A DNA stretch of 63,737 bases, filler included, from Choristocarpus tenellus KU-1152 (taxonomy: Eukaryota > Protista > Phaeophyceae), in assembly GCA_964200185.2 (NCBI GenBank). It is 11 parts of 11 records of this genome, joined end to end, with 100 filler letters (N's around TTAATTAATTAA, not from the genome) between each part and the next. Parts side by side here need not be neighbours in the genome. Positions count along the whole stretch, not along the records: positions 1 to 4,202 come from CAXNAD020015725.1; positions 4,303 to 13,015 come from CAXNAD020004416.1; 9 more parts are not named here. One strand, 5' to 3'. This document shows, in pieces, positions 1 through 13,115 of the stretch (positions are counted from its first letter, which is position 1; every line of letters begins with the position of its first letter). The translations under genes were made by a program, and so were the position numbers. A model generated the notes under the pieces. The model was given only the letters and a program-made list of their open reading frames with translations, was not told the origin of the DNA and ran no database searches.

Positions 1-264
1 TTTTCGTTCGCTGTCTTGGTGTGTTTTTGTGTTTTTGTTTTTTTTGTGGCTTGTGGGAGGGGTCTTGCTTTCCAGGGGGGATACAAGACTCTTTTATGTG
101 TTTATATGTATTGTGTGTCATTTTTTTTATTTTAGTGGGAAGAAAGGGAAGGAGTGACCCTGCACACCAATGAGGGGCACCCTTGTCAGCAATCCAGGGA
201 CTCATTACTATCCTCTTGGGATCGTCAACCTATCGTCGACCTTGAGACATGCTACAACAGTCTG

Positions 265-272
<8 letters not shown>

Positions 273-318
<46 letters not shown>
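273..318. repeat. (GT)n microsatellite
   Basis: Pure GT dinucleotide run, intronic. Confidence 0.95.
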
Positions 319-322
<4 letters not shown>

Positions 323-622
323 TGACTGTTTTTGGAAGTCAATTTTGTCCTGCAAAACCATTCATACCTCTAAACCTGTCAGCCAATAACAAGGCAAACA
401 CCTTTTGACTGTTGTACAGAACGCGACAATCCGATCCGTTTTTTAATGTCAATTTGTAACTCCCCTACTGCGTATTCAAAAGAAGGGGATAGGGATCTGT
501 CTCCTCTTGGGTTCACCCCCTCAGACCCTGTACAGGAGTATGTTGTGGCATGTCCTCCTAAGGGTACTGTTGTCTCTCCATCCCTGTGATGTGCACCACT
601 CCCCTGCATATATTGATTGAAG

Positions 623-1558
623 GTGGAAGAAGAAGAAGGAGAAGACAAGGCAGTAAATGGAGGACACGTGTCTCGATTGCCTGCTGGAGCGTCTCCTGCT
701 CCAGAGCAGGTATGGAGGTGTCTGTCTGCGCCTGCTGCTTTTAGGAGTTTTATTTATTTCTGTTAATTTTGAAGTATTATTGTTAAAAAAAAATAAGGTA
801 TGCGAAAAAGAAAAATATAGGAGGTAGGTGGGTACTACTGCACTTGTCTCTTGTTGAAGTGATGGGGGCGGTGGTGAATTGTGAAATTGTTGTGTACCGA
901 CACTATTAATCTCCTAGAGATTTTTCAGGCGTTTCTTTTTAATGCATGAGTGCAGACAATATATACAACACATGCATGCTGCAATTGAGGGACGGTCAGA
1001 GTTGTTCTCTACAACACAACAATAGTAACGCAACAATAGGGTTAGGGTTACCTAGGCTGCCCTCTGTATCGCACGCATGCCTTGGTGCTGAACTTTGGGA
1101 GTGCATCGCCTTCCTGTTCTTAGGAGGAAGGAGTTGGGACGGGGACGAATGGCGACACTGGGCAAATAGAGCCAGCAGCATCATCAGTGCAAAAAGTTGT
1201 AAATAACAATGATAGCAGTGGTAGTGGTGATGACAGCGAGAGCAGTGACCAGGGGTGGTTGTTGTCCCACAATGATGATGACAAGATTAGTAGGAAGAGG
1301 GTCAAGCATGGGCGAGGTGGGCAGGGGGAGGATGGAGAGGGGCTTCAACGTTTAAGTGGTGTTGATGTCAATGATACCAGGTTTGTGGCGAATTTTAAGG
1401 AGTGGGTTGGGCAGTTCATTTGTTGGTGTATGGGGCTCTAGGGTTAGGGTTAGGGTTTGGTGTGGTGTGGTGTGGATGGTTTGATGGTGCTTTTTTTGTG
1501 GACTTGTTGTCCACCGCTGTTCTTAGACTGTTTTGTTTATGTATTATTGTTGTTATTG

Positions 1559-1596
<38 letters not shown>

Positions 1597-2811
1597 GTTA
1601 TTTGCTAGTGTCTGCTACATGTTGTCTCCTGCGCTGTGGTGCACCTTCCATGTTGGTGTGCAGCAATAATAATAACTTGGCAGGTGCTGAGGGTTGTGGA
1701 ACGGACAAGGAGGTGGTGAATGAGGAGGAACAGGTGGGGATCGATCCAGAAAGAATAGGTAAGGAGGGGGAAGACCTTGGGGATGAGAGGGTGAAAGAAT
1801 TGCTTCAAGATATGAATAAGCGGTTTGCGTCAGTAATCAGTTTGGTTTCAAGTCAGCCTGTTAGGCCTTCGAAGAGGAGACGTCGGGCCCGTTTGATGGA
1901 GGAGGGGAAGGAGGAGGGAGGGATAACAGGAGCTGCAGGGGGACAGGACGCGGACAGGGCCGGAGTTGGACAGGACTTGTTGCCACCTCCTGAACTGTTG
2001 CCTGTTCCGCAGAAGAGGCGTTTGACAGGGGAGGCTGGGTCGGCCCGCCGGTTGGTGGATGGGGTGTGGAGATTACTGGGGGTCCCGGTGAGTGAAGCGG
2101 GTGTGTCAAGTGGTGTGTGTGTGTGGGGGGGGGGGAATTAACACTGTGTCAAGTGCTGGCCTCACAGCTTTTTTTTCTTTGTGTGTGCCCTTGTTGGATA
2201 GGGTTAGGATTAGGGTTGTGAATAGTAGGTCCTCCTTTTAACCCATACCTTGGGCTACTTGAGGATGCGATCTGTGTTGCACAGCCAAGGCGATTTGTTT
2301 GTTCTGCCTTAACCCTAATTCTCCTCTCCGCGCCGGGTACTCGTGGGTTGTTTTTGGGGATTGTGTCCTGTCTCAATGCTCACGCGCGTACGCCGATTGT
2401 GTTTATTGTGTTTATTGTGTTTATTGTGTTTATTGTGTTGATTGTGTTGATTGTGTTTATTGTGTTGATTGTGTTGATTGTGTTTATTGTGTTGATTGTG
2501 TTGATTGTGTTGATTGTTGGCGTCGAACTACTGGGTTTGTTTATTGTTGTGGTCTTGTCTCCTCGACAGGCGACTGTCCCTGAGTTCTTTGAAAGAAAGA
2601 TGTCTCGACTTGTGGTGCACTTTGTTGGTCGATCCGATCGGGACAGTCTTCACCTGCCAGAGGGGTCCAGGACGGCTGACAAGGGTGTGATCGGCATCAG
2701 CATAGAGATGCCTTTCAGGGCATCCCACCGTGAGGTGCGGCGCTTGTTGGAGAGTTAGTTGATGTTAGTTGATGTTAGTTGCAGGTTCGTTCGGTCCTTG
2801 TGTGTCCTTCC

Positions 2812-2843
<32 letters not shown>

Positions 2844-3832
2844 TTTTTTTTTTTTTGTGGTGGTGGGGTTTGTGTGTTTGTGTGTNNNNNNNNNNGGTGG
2901 TGGTGGGTGCGGGTTCGTTCGGTCCTTGTGTGTCCCTCCCCCCCCCCCCCCCTCCTTTCTCTTTTTTTTGTTTGGTGTATGTGTGTGCAGAGATTTCCGA
3001 GATTTGTGTCTAGTATATTAAGGTCGTTTTTAGTTAGTTAGGTAGGCGTGTTTGTTGAACCCTGGCTGTGTGTTTGGGTTTTTGTACCTTGTTTGTCCTT
3101 GCTGATCTTTTAGGGTTAGTGTACGTGTATGTGTTATTGTTAGTGTTAGTGGTTGTTTTGGTTTGTTCACTGTTGGTGTTGGTGGGTGTAAGTAGTAGAA
3201 TGTGAGGTGGACAGGGTGGACACGATGACGGGTTCTGAGATATTTCTAAGAACAATTATCAACGGGGAGATGAAGGAATCTGTTTCAAAGGTGTGGTGAG
3301 GTGTGGTGTGTAGTGTTGATTTGGGAGAGGACGCACACATGGATGTGGGGAATCAAGTCTGAACTCTATGAGGTGTGTATGTATGTATGTATATATATAT
3401 TTATGTATGTATATATATGTATGTATGTATGTGTGCGCGCGTCCAAAATTTGGATTGATAAGTCACTTCAGGCATGACCTTACAGTGACCCTCTAATTTA
3501 GCTCCAAAATTGAGTTTGCCCAAGTGTTCAGTCTGTTAGCAGTGAGGCTTTTCTTTTTCTCTTTTGTATTCTTTTTTTTCCACTTGGTCTGTGTGTGTTT
3601 TATTTTGAATGTAGCTATTGTTTTGTTTGAATGGTTTTGTTATGTGGAAGGGCGTGTAACGGGTCTGACATTTGTTCAATGTTTCCTCTCTCAACAAGCT
3701 AGCTCCTCCTTGCCTGCCCTACCTGCTTTCCTCACTGACCAGATCCTTGAGACGCTTTGGAAACGGTTGGTGTTGGTAGAGGATCCACTGTTCTTGCGTG
3801 TCTCTGCTATGTCTCCTGGGGGAAAGCTTCAG
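623..3832 (+). CDS. Internal exons of a probable USP7/UBP12-like ubiquitin-specific protease (C-terminal UBL region); partial gene
   Basis: AG/GT-bounded exons at ~623-709, ~1134-1401, 1664-2087, 2570-2734 and 3743-3832; the last four join in compatible phase. The last two splice to ATVPEFFERKMSRLVVHFVGRS...ISIEMPFRASHRE|ILETLWKRLVLVEDPLFLRV. This resembles the USP7/UBP12 UBL2-UBL3 junction as I recall it (P-x-V-P-x-F...R-x-VVHF...EL...V...L...DP..IR). Family call is by eye. Confidence 0.5.
1543..1600. repeat. (TTA/TTG)n microsatellite
   Basis: Trinucleotide run; it produces the spurious poly-I/L/Y ORFs. Confidence 0.95.
2396..2518. repeat. 9-bp minisatellite (ATTGTGTTT/ATTGTGTTG)n
   Basis: About 13 tandem 9-mers in an intron. 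Confidence 0.9.
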
Positions 3833-4202
3833 GTTGGTTGGAGGTCCAAGCTTGTTGTTGGAACCGACTATATACTATTAATAAGTTGGGAGGATTTGGA
3901 AACACGCCTTCCTGTGAATTAGTACATCCCTAGTTCCATTGCTCAGTCAAGATTATTATTATTATCATTATTATTATTTTTACTTGTGTGTGTGTGTGTG
4001 TGTTTGGTCAATCTGGGAAAGAATCTTACGCTTTAAAAAGACAAAAAAAATCACCTTTTTATCTTTTTTATGGTGCACAATCACTGGGGTTTTTTTGTTG
4101 CAATTGAGTATCTGATTTTTTTTTTATTGAATGTTTTACCTCTTCTTTTTTCTTCCTTTAACTACTGTGACTGGCGTCCGCACTTAGCCCCCCCCCCCCC
4201 CC

Positions 4203-4302
4203 NNNNNNNNNNNNNNNNNNNNNNNNNNNNNNNNNNNNNNNNNNNNTTAATTAATTAANNNNNNNNNNNNNNNNNNNNNNNNNNNNNNNNNNNNNNNNNN
4301 NN
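4203..4302. other. Artificial contig spacer (N44-TTAATTAATTAA-N44)
   Basis: Identical 100-bp spacers with stops in all six frames at 4203-4302, 13016-13115, 17772-17871, 24220-24319, 27652-27751, 47511-47610, 50170-50269, 54157-54256, 58439-58538 and 61096-61195. Confidence 0.98.
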
Positions 4303-7002
4303 AGTCAATTTTGGGTCAAGCCCATCCTCAATGAAAAGCTCCATCCTCAATTTTTGAAATCGGCTGTTACATGTTCTTGCTGTGACAAACACTTTCCTCA
4401 CAATGCAAAATGGTGACCGATAAGGAGCTTTCAGCCAAGAACAATGATGAACGGTTGAAGGTCAAGTAGACCTGAAAAAAAAGAGCACCTGATGAGGGTC
4501 TTGAGATGCACAACGAAAAGAAACTTTGCGTAGATGGTTCGTGCGGAAAGAGAGATGTTCATCAGCAAACAAAATTCCAAGAACATCGAATAGCACAAGT
4601 AGTACAAGAAGTTGAAATATGGTAGTTTCAGAACCTACAAAATGCCAAATTTTAGGTACTACTACAACTAACTGATCAAGGTACACGAACGAATGGGTGG
4701 GTCTCGAGGGATGGCCATGGCTCAAGCTGTATGTGGTACAAACGATGGTGATTGCTCCATACCCTGACCAACAAACCAGGGTATGCAACCGTTTTGATGG
4801 AGTGCGCATTTGGACACACTGCCTGAAAACAAACGCCCCTGTCTGTACCCGTCCAGTCTATCAATTATTCATCTCGTGCATTGCCACACGTTGAGTTGCG
4901 CAACAACAATAACGCAGCCTCTCAATTGTGTACTAACTTCTTACCATCTATAATACCTCTACGGTTTTTCATCACACCCCTCCTTCCACCCAGTGTTTCC
5001 TCGCTAACAACGGATAATTATGGAACCTATGGGTTCGCAGAGGAAGGGCAAGGTGATTAAGGGAGGCGGGAAGAAGGGCAGGATTTCGAACAGCGCAACA
5101 CATCGCACACATTGGATATCTTATACATGTTACTGGGCCTGGAAGGTTATTTAGAGCGATCCTTAAAATCGACCCATCTCTCTTTTAAAAATATAAAAGA
5201 ATCCAATATCAATTCAACCACCCAACTGTACAGGTCAATAATAACCCGTCCATATCCGTCCATCCTACAAAAACACCGAGTATATCTTGTGCCATCATCT
5301 CCATTCAATACTTTCAAGATCATTATTATCATCCACACCATTCTGAAGAAGTGCATACTATTTGTACTATCATCCAGGTGCAGCGTGGCAACAGTTGAAA
5401 GCTGACAACCTAAGAATGAATGCTTCGTTTGAAGAACCTCTTTCCACAACAAGACGAATGACGAGTGTGCCAGGTAATGATTATCGGATTATTTTTTTTA
5501 TTGACCAGGAAGGACTTTTCAGTTGAGCTGTTACGTACGTACTCACACACACATAGAAGATGACGCCAGTAGTGGTACGACACGACCCAGAAATATCCTA
5601 CGCACATTTATTTTTAAAAGTCGAATTTAGAACACATTGTCAGCATCGTCAAAATGCAACTCTGGGTACCTCTCGTTTATTTTTGTCTGATTATCACACA
5701 TACAACTCCACTGACTGTAAAAACGTGTAGGGGCGTCTTCTTTCCAAAACTTAGGTGTATCGTTCTCATTAAACAGAAACATTTTCCTTTCAAGAATCGG
5801 CTATTTCTTGACATTCATTTTTATTAAATGGAGTCAAAGAAAGACAGTACACTTCAAGGTACAAACGATCGCTTCGAACGGTGCAAGGGTCACGAAAGGC
5901 TGAAAACGACAATTTTGTGGATCTAGAAGTATGATGCGCAGAACAGTGTTGAGGTTGTCAATCACAATCTTGCATCCTTAGAATGATTATGGGCCTGTCA
6001 ATCACTAACGACCTTGTATCAGCACCCTTTCCACCAACCAAACCTTTCATCCCTCCCTACACACCTTAGTCGCCCCTATCTACCACGTTTCTTGCACCCC
6101 AGCCTACCCCACACACCCAACCTTGTAACAAATTTTACTTAGGAATTACATCTCACCGTATCACCATCATATGCAGCACAGTGAGTAAGGAACGAATAAA
6201 CACAGAACTAAAAGGCAAGAGGATATGGGAAAAAGGGGGAACGCGTCTGCGGTGGTGTAAAGATCACACTGCATGTCATCACCTCTCTACAAGATGGGAA
6301 AGGCCATCATGTGCAAATAGCAGAGATAGTGTATCATTCGTGTATTTGAAAACTGTAATAAAATTATCACACGCGAACACATGAACAACTACGGAACCTA
6401 TTCGTACAAGCCATGGCACCCGTTTTTCACTCAAAAAAAGGCTATAAATCGAAAACTGGTCATCAATACCTGCCTGCATTTTGACCTTAAACTCTCTCCA
6501 CACCCTCAACAACATCCTGTTATGTTCCAAATTCAACTAATAATAGCCCACATAGGTAGCCTTAGAATTGGTCTCACATAAATATGAACAAAACTTCGAT
6601 CCAACACTTGTCCTTCCCTCAAGAGAGAATGTACACCAGTGCTTATCTATCATCCCTTCACCACCCCTCATCGTTTGAAGGACTTGGAACATAATACAAT
6701 TATAACACCAGTGGACTCACAAGCTACTACAGCAGAGGATTGGCAAGAACGTACCAGACTTAAACATTACAAAACGTTGGAGATGAAAAAAGACGATACA
6801 TACTAGTCTCAACATAGTAGTCTCTGTTTCAATACAACTGCCCATTCAACCACTACAGAAACTACCTTCGATCATAGAATCAACCGTAAGAAAACACAGT
6901 ACAGTTGCCACCACTGTCTCCTACACTAAGAAGTATATAACTCCACACCTTTCCCTTTACTATTGAGTGCAATCAATACCATTTTGACAATAGCACCTAC
7001 AT

Positions 7003-7249
7003 TACAATTCCACCCAGAGGTGATGCTCCCCGACCAACAACCTCCAATCTAAGGACTCGGCATATTTTCAAACATGCAGCTAGTTTAGTTTGGGCTCTAT
7101 ACTAGAGCCCATGAGAAAAGTGTTTTTACAATTCCACCCAGAGGTCATGCTCCCCAACCAACCTCCAATCTAGGGACTCAGCATATTTTCAAACATGCAG
7201 CTATGTTCAGTTTGAGCTTTATACTAGAGCCCATGAGAACAGTGTTCTT
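7003..7249. repeat. Tandem duplication, 2 x ~124 bp, just downstream of the epimerase stop codon
   Basis: TACAATTCCACCCAGAGG...GCATATTTTCAAACATGCAGCTA...ACTAGAGCCCATGAGAA begins at 7003 and again at 7127. Confidence 0.9.
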
Positions 7250-7268
7250 TCTACTATACAATTGACTT

Positions 7269-10200
7269 CTAGCACACAGGTTCGAGGTCAGTTTCACCCC
7301 TAAAGCAAGAGCCGTCCTCCACGTCGATCTCGAACCACGGATGCATGCTGTTGTCAATGTACCTTGTTTGAGTTGCGTCAACAAAGGCCCCATTTGTTCC
7401 CCCGATCGAGTTGTTCTGCCAGGAGTAGAGAGAGGGCAAGAGTGAAAGGGAAGGCTTACTTCAGGAGGGCAAGGTTGTCACGGCAGTACACATATGGCCA
7501 TGGAACCAAAGTAAACGAGAGGTAAGACAAAAAAAAATGTCGTTTTTCATTTGTATGTCAGGCGGTTCAAACTTTTGGAATTAGAGTCACGTATTTCTAC
7601 TGATGAAGTGCTGTGATTGCTTGAGAGGGTTCGATTTCCTCTATTGTTTGAAACCATTCGACACAATTCGGAATAAAATTCGCTAGATTATTGGTCTTTC
7701 TACGTAACATCGCATGTAGTGATGGAACCAGCATGACCATGATTTGCCATTCCAAGGGTCTCAGGCAGTAACACCTCTCTGAAGCACAAAATTCATCCCT
7801 TGAATACCCCTTTTGCCTTCTGCCTACCTCTAATACAGTCCAGTCCGACTCTGTGATGAGGAATGCCTTGTCAGGGTGGTTGATGTAGTTGTTGTAGATG
7901 TAGTTAGACTTAGGGCGTCCAGTAGTCCCAGGTACACTAACCTCATCGTTTCCTCGGTCTGAGAGTCAAGAAAGCATGAATGGGGGGGGGGGGATGCTTA
8001 GTTGCTGGGATCCCTGCTAATGAAGTTACATCTACTCGGGCCGTGCTTTGTTGCGGCTCAACACAATACTCTCTGCCGTGTAGGTGAGATAAACCGCCCA
8101 CAAAGGTGCGGACAACCCTCTTAAGTGTTTTAGATTAAATGAATTACACATGTCAGGTATATTTTCGCTGATGTGAAGACATTGAGAGAGTGGGAAAATG
8201 AAAAATGAAAAACTACAGTTACAACTCGAATGTAGAAAATGTTTGTCGAGGGAACTCACACATGTACAGTCCGTATCGAGTTGTCTCCCCCTCTGAGATG
8301 TAGATCTTGTTGTCAAACGCCTTGGTGTAAGAAGAGCCCATGCTCCACCTGATTCCATCTTTAATAACAAAGGACGAGGTGGAATCGATGTAAGCAAAAC
8401 AGATGAGTAAGAAGGTGGTACTTGAGGATGGTGAATTGATCGGTTACAAAATTACACTAGAAGTTGGAAACCAAAAAGACTTGAAACAGCAAGAAGCACG
8501 ACCTTGTGGTTGACCTACACTACATCTTCCATGCCATACTGTTGTCTGTTGTTCATGGTGGTCAGCAGATGGCACAGTATATATTTTCTGGACATCACAG
8601 GACCTTCCTTCCACAGGTCAATCTCATGCACCATTGAGGCAGCTCCCCTCACATACAATATACCTTTTATTGTACGTACCTTTTTATTGTGCGTAAGGCT
8701 TTGATTTCACAACAGCATTTATGCATATATATATATGTATACATTATGTTCCTAATGGTGAGCAACTTTGAGACATATCAACCTGGAAAGATGGTATCAA
8801 AGCAAACTCACGTTTGTTGCCATAAAAGAGGTTGTCATTCACTCGGACATGGGAGCTCTCATACAGGGCAAGACCAGAATCTCCATTGTCATAAGCGGTG
8901 TTGTTGGTCACAACAGAAAAGTTGCAGGAGCGGTGGAGCATGATGCCATTCAATCCATTGTCGTGCACGATGTTGTTCTGTTCGTTAGAAAGAGAAAAGC
9001 AATACAATGAGGTTTGTTTTGGGAGAAAGGGGTGGGAGTTATAGCAGAGGGGACAATTCTTGGTGTTAATATATAATCTCTACTAAGAGACAACCCAATC
9101 AGTGCTGGAAACAGTGAACCCGTTTCTATAATGACCTTTCAAAATGATGACTTTCCACTAGCCAAACACGAAAATACTTGTTGAGCGCTTGGAATGTGGG
9201 GGATGCCACACAGACTGCAGTACACATTTGGAAAGTACAACCACGGTCTCTTTAAGAGTGTTATGGTGTGGGAGGTAATGTATGGCTGTGCTGCCAGCAA
9301 GTCCAACACTTTACTGTGTTAAAAAAAAAGAACCAGTGGGATGACCTCATGGCATTTTACCACTATCAGTAAAAGAAACTTCACATCTGCTACCAATGAT
9401 TAATTTCATGTGGACTAACAGCACCCCCAACTAAATTGCAACCATGTTTGAAGCTCTTATCTCAATTAAACACTGAAACTGTGTTGAGCTACTCTTTTCC
9501 TCACACATTGAGCACAACTCTATGTGGCATAAATTATATAGTTGTGACAGTTCATGATCAGGAACAGCTAGCAAATAGCAGACAGGGCAGAAGGTTTGTA
9601 CAGTAGGTGGTTCAGCAAGATGACCATAGTGCAAAGGGGAGCACACGCAGTCTTGTCCCATTCGTGTGGGTCCCGTGACAGCATCATCATAACCTGCTCC
9701 TACTACATAGCAATCAACGGTTTTGATTCCTTGTCTGACAGCTTACAGTGCATTTTGAAGGCACAGCTCACCTTGATGCTAACATGGTCGCAACGCTTGG
9801 AAGCAATAATCCCATGCCATCCATTGTTGTAAACATGGTTGTTATTGATTTTCACAAAGTCGCTATCATCATGGGGGTCGAAGCCATAGCCTACATTGTC
9901 ATGGACAATGTTGTAGCTCCAGTCCCCACCCTGGTGCCCATAGGAGTAGTGACCAAAATAGAGGTGATGGATGTGCGAGTTTAAGATGTCACCAGTCACT
10001 TTCACCTGTACGCATCAAATAAGGCAAATTTATGACATAATGGAAGGGGGATAGAGCTTAGGTTTATGGAAAAAACGATGCCCTTTGACTGTGCAGATAC
10101 TCCCTTGCGCATCTTACATCTCATCTGTACTTTAAGTCAACTATGTATCCCCAATACTTGTATGGCATTCAAAATACTTCTGCATCAAAAATTAAGAAGT

Positions 10201-11912
10201 AGCTGTCCAGTCCAACCAAAGCACATTCACTCACCGAGTCAAAAATATCCTCATTGCTGAGGTCCTTACAGAGCCCACGAACTTTATAGGAAAGCCCATA
10301 CGATTCTGAATTATACCAACCAAGGTCTGTTGTAGACAATCGAAAAGGAAATCAAGACATGTCCGATCACAGGAGGGGAGAACAGTAAATCGGATCAGTA
10401 ATTTTGCAGTGTGTAGCAAGTAAGACTGTAGCTTGTGTAGAATTTGCATCATTGGTGAAGCTCTACAATGAAATCAACTTGTAAGCACGAAAAAAAATCA
10501 TTTATCTGGTGATGCTGTGCTCTAGAACACACTATGCGAGACATAGGCTGGGTTGGAGGAAAATCTTGTACATCATGGAACAACCACTGGTGGAAGAAGA
10601 CACTGCCTGGAAAACCACATTTTAAATAGTCATCTACATCGAAGAAGGGATATACTGGTGGTCGATCGCACCACATGACAAAATTGTCGGTCAAGAAAAG
10701 CACCATAGGAGAACGGAGGACGCACAAGCAACCCTTGGTATATTGGGCCAGATAGACTAAAATGGTCTAATCGTCGAGACTATCAAGGATGAATGGCATA
10801 GAATCGTACTGAACTTACATGCAATTTCGCTGTTGAGGATGTCCATCCTTGCCTCCCCCTTTTCATTTTTTGCCATTCCGTCGCAGGACAGGTCCGGGTC
10901 CAATATTTTCTCAGAGATGGCGCTGATGTAACTATTATGTGAGAGGTACAGTAGATGAGGACATACGGGGATGTTTGAGGAAGAATATTTTTATGGGTCG
11001 ACACTGAGCACAGAACGGAGGTGTCGTAGTCAAGGGAGATGACGAGTAACCACTATTTTCAAGCGACTTCCACAAACGTTTCCAAAAGAATTAATCACCA
11101 GGGAGTACAGAAAAGAAACATCCTATCAGTCACGTTTTGCGTCTTCAAATTTTTTTAATGTTCCCACAGGTATGGGCGCAAGCGATCCCTTACACCATTC
11201 TATTGTAGCACTTTCTAATCTAAACAAAATCTGTTGAAAAGCAAAGCAAACAAGCTAGACTATCAATATACCTCCGCCCATCTTCATAATCTTCGTCCAC
11301 ATCACCAGCATTGATGTCCCACGATGTCACGACAGTGTTCTCAATGTGTAGGTTTCCACCATAAGCCCGCACATTGATATAACCGTCCGCATCGCTTCTC
11401 TGGGTGGAGGAGTCGACAAGGAGAGAGAGGGACGCAGGGGTGGGTTGACCGAGGAGTTATTAGAAGGTGCCAGGTCTTCTCTTGGTCAAAACATGTTCTC
11501 GGCAGACAGACACAAAGCAAAATAGCTCGCCATCATGCAAGGTGCCTTGACTCACCAACAGGAGGCGGTCAACGTCCCCCCCAATGGATGGCCCCTTAAT
11601 CTCGAGCAGGGAGTCGTCCTCGATATATAAACTCGATTCGAGGTACCAAGTACCAGTCCACGTATCCGTGATGCTATTGGTCTCTAGGTCAAAGTAGTAA
11701 AGAGGACCTTTAGCTCCACTTTTGTCAGATCTCACTTCATAGATCGACGTCAAGTTCGTACACCCTCCTCCTTCAAGGTACAATCGTTCGCTTGACGAGG
11801 CATATCTAACCGTGGGCGAGGCATCGCTAGGGGAACAAGCTCCGGTAGGACCGGGCAAAGCAGCAAACAAGCCCGCCGCAAAGGTGGCTGCACATATTTT
11901 TGTCCCAGTCAT
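7269..11912 (-). CDS. Mannuronan C5-epimerase (alginate epimerase, AlgG-like beta-helix), secreted, 488 aa, 9 exons
   Basis: Exons (minus): 11912-11556, 11399-11272, 10931-10819, 10326-10235, 10005-9772, 8977-8812, 8358-8260, 7958-7828, 7415-7269. All introns are GT-AG and phase-consistent; total 1467 nt, ATG to TAG. N-terminal signal-like segment, catalytic motif YGFDPHDDSD, HGIIASKRC, GIMLHRSC and parallel beta-helix repeats typical of brown algal MC5E and bacterial AlgG. Confidence 0.95.
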
Positions 11913-13115
11913 TATTGCGTTACACTTCTTTCACTGGACTTGTTTTACTAAGGTGGGGAAGAATGGAGGGTAATAGTGAATTGACCAAAACTGGAAATGA
12001 CGGAGGGGCACGGGAGCAGGTGTTCGAAATGGGGAGCGGCGGTGTTGGTGCTATCTATTACTCCGAGAAAATAATGGGTTTTGGAAGAAAATTAATCACT
12101 AAGAATTTGTCTTAATCACTATATACATTTCAAGATGTAATTGTTTGGAATCGTTTTTCGGAGTATAGTGTATTTGTATATATATATTGGGATAGTGTTC
12201 TTGTTGTAGTCTATCCAAATATACATAAAACTGAGGATCTTCGAAACTCAAAACCTTCTGATTTTGAGATCTGGGAATATGGAGAAAGGCTGTTCTATTT
12301 CAAGCATACGTGGTATTATGTGTAGTAGAATTGTGGGGAAGAGTATGGAATCATTACAGATTATTGGAGTGTTGGACACTATCATTCTTATTCATTTAAG
12401 ATGTAAAGGTGGCAATGACCTTATTGAATTGCAGGTCCAAACCTCCCAAACGCCACACTTCCTTTCACGAAAAATTATTTTGGATTATCCTATTCCATAT
12501 CATAAACACAACAAATTGTGCACCTCTATACTACTATACTTATTTGGATAACAGCGACGAAATTATATCAAGGTGGAATCACTTCGAGGAGATTGGAGGG
12601 AAGAGACGGAGTGGCGAGCGAGGAGTAAGAGTCAACACAAAAGGAAGACGCAGCAAGTGGTAGTACAAGTTGTTGTAGTGGAGTAGGTGGGGAGTAGATT
12701 AGATATCAATATTATGAGAAGAAGTGTAGTGTGTAGTTTTCATGACCTTACGTAGGGATCACCCTTTACTAGTGTGGGACAAGTAAAACGAACAATAATA
12801 ATAGAATTGAATTTTAAATGTTGACTATAAAATCTCAACATTGATATAAATATATGTATATTGGATCACAACGAAGAAAGTAGTATTTATTTTAAGGAAG
12901 TCTAACCTTTTTCTTCCTGTTCTACTCCTTCATTTTTCTTTATAGGGTTACCTCTTCCTGAAGGAGTGTGTATTGCTGCCTTTGAAACTACTTTTTATCA
13001 CTGTAAATCCAATACNNNNNNNNNNNNNNNNNNNNNNNNNNNNNNNNNNNNNNNNNNNNTTAATTAATTAANNNNNNNNNNNNNNNNNNNNNNNNNNNNN
13101 NNNNNNNNNNNNNNN

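Noticed and set aside
1402-3041. ORFs with poly-I/L/Y, VFIVLI and poly-P tracts
   Set aside because: They are translations of intronic microsatellites and homopolymers. The duplicated sequence around the 10-N gap at 2886-2895 looks like an assembly artefact.
4440-4900. Coding-like stretch at contig start
   Set aside because: Multiple stops and frameshifts and no assignable family.
7595-7645. tRNA/SINE from the B-box-like GGTTCGATTTCC; similar weak signal near 36420-36490 (minus)
   Set aside because: No cloverleaf or convincing A-box spacing could be built.
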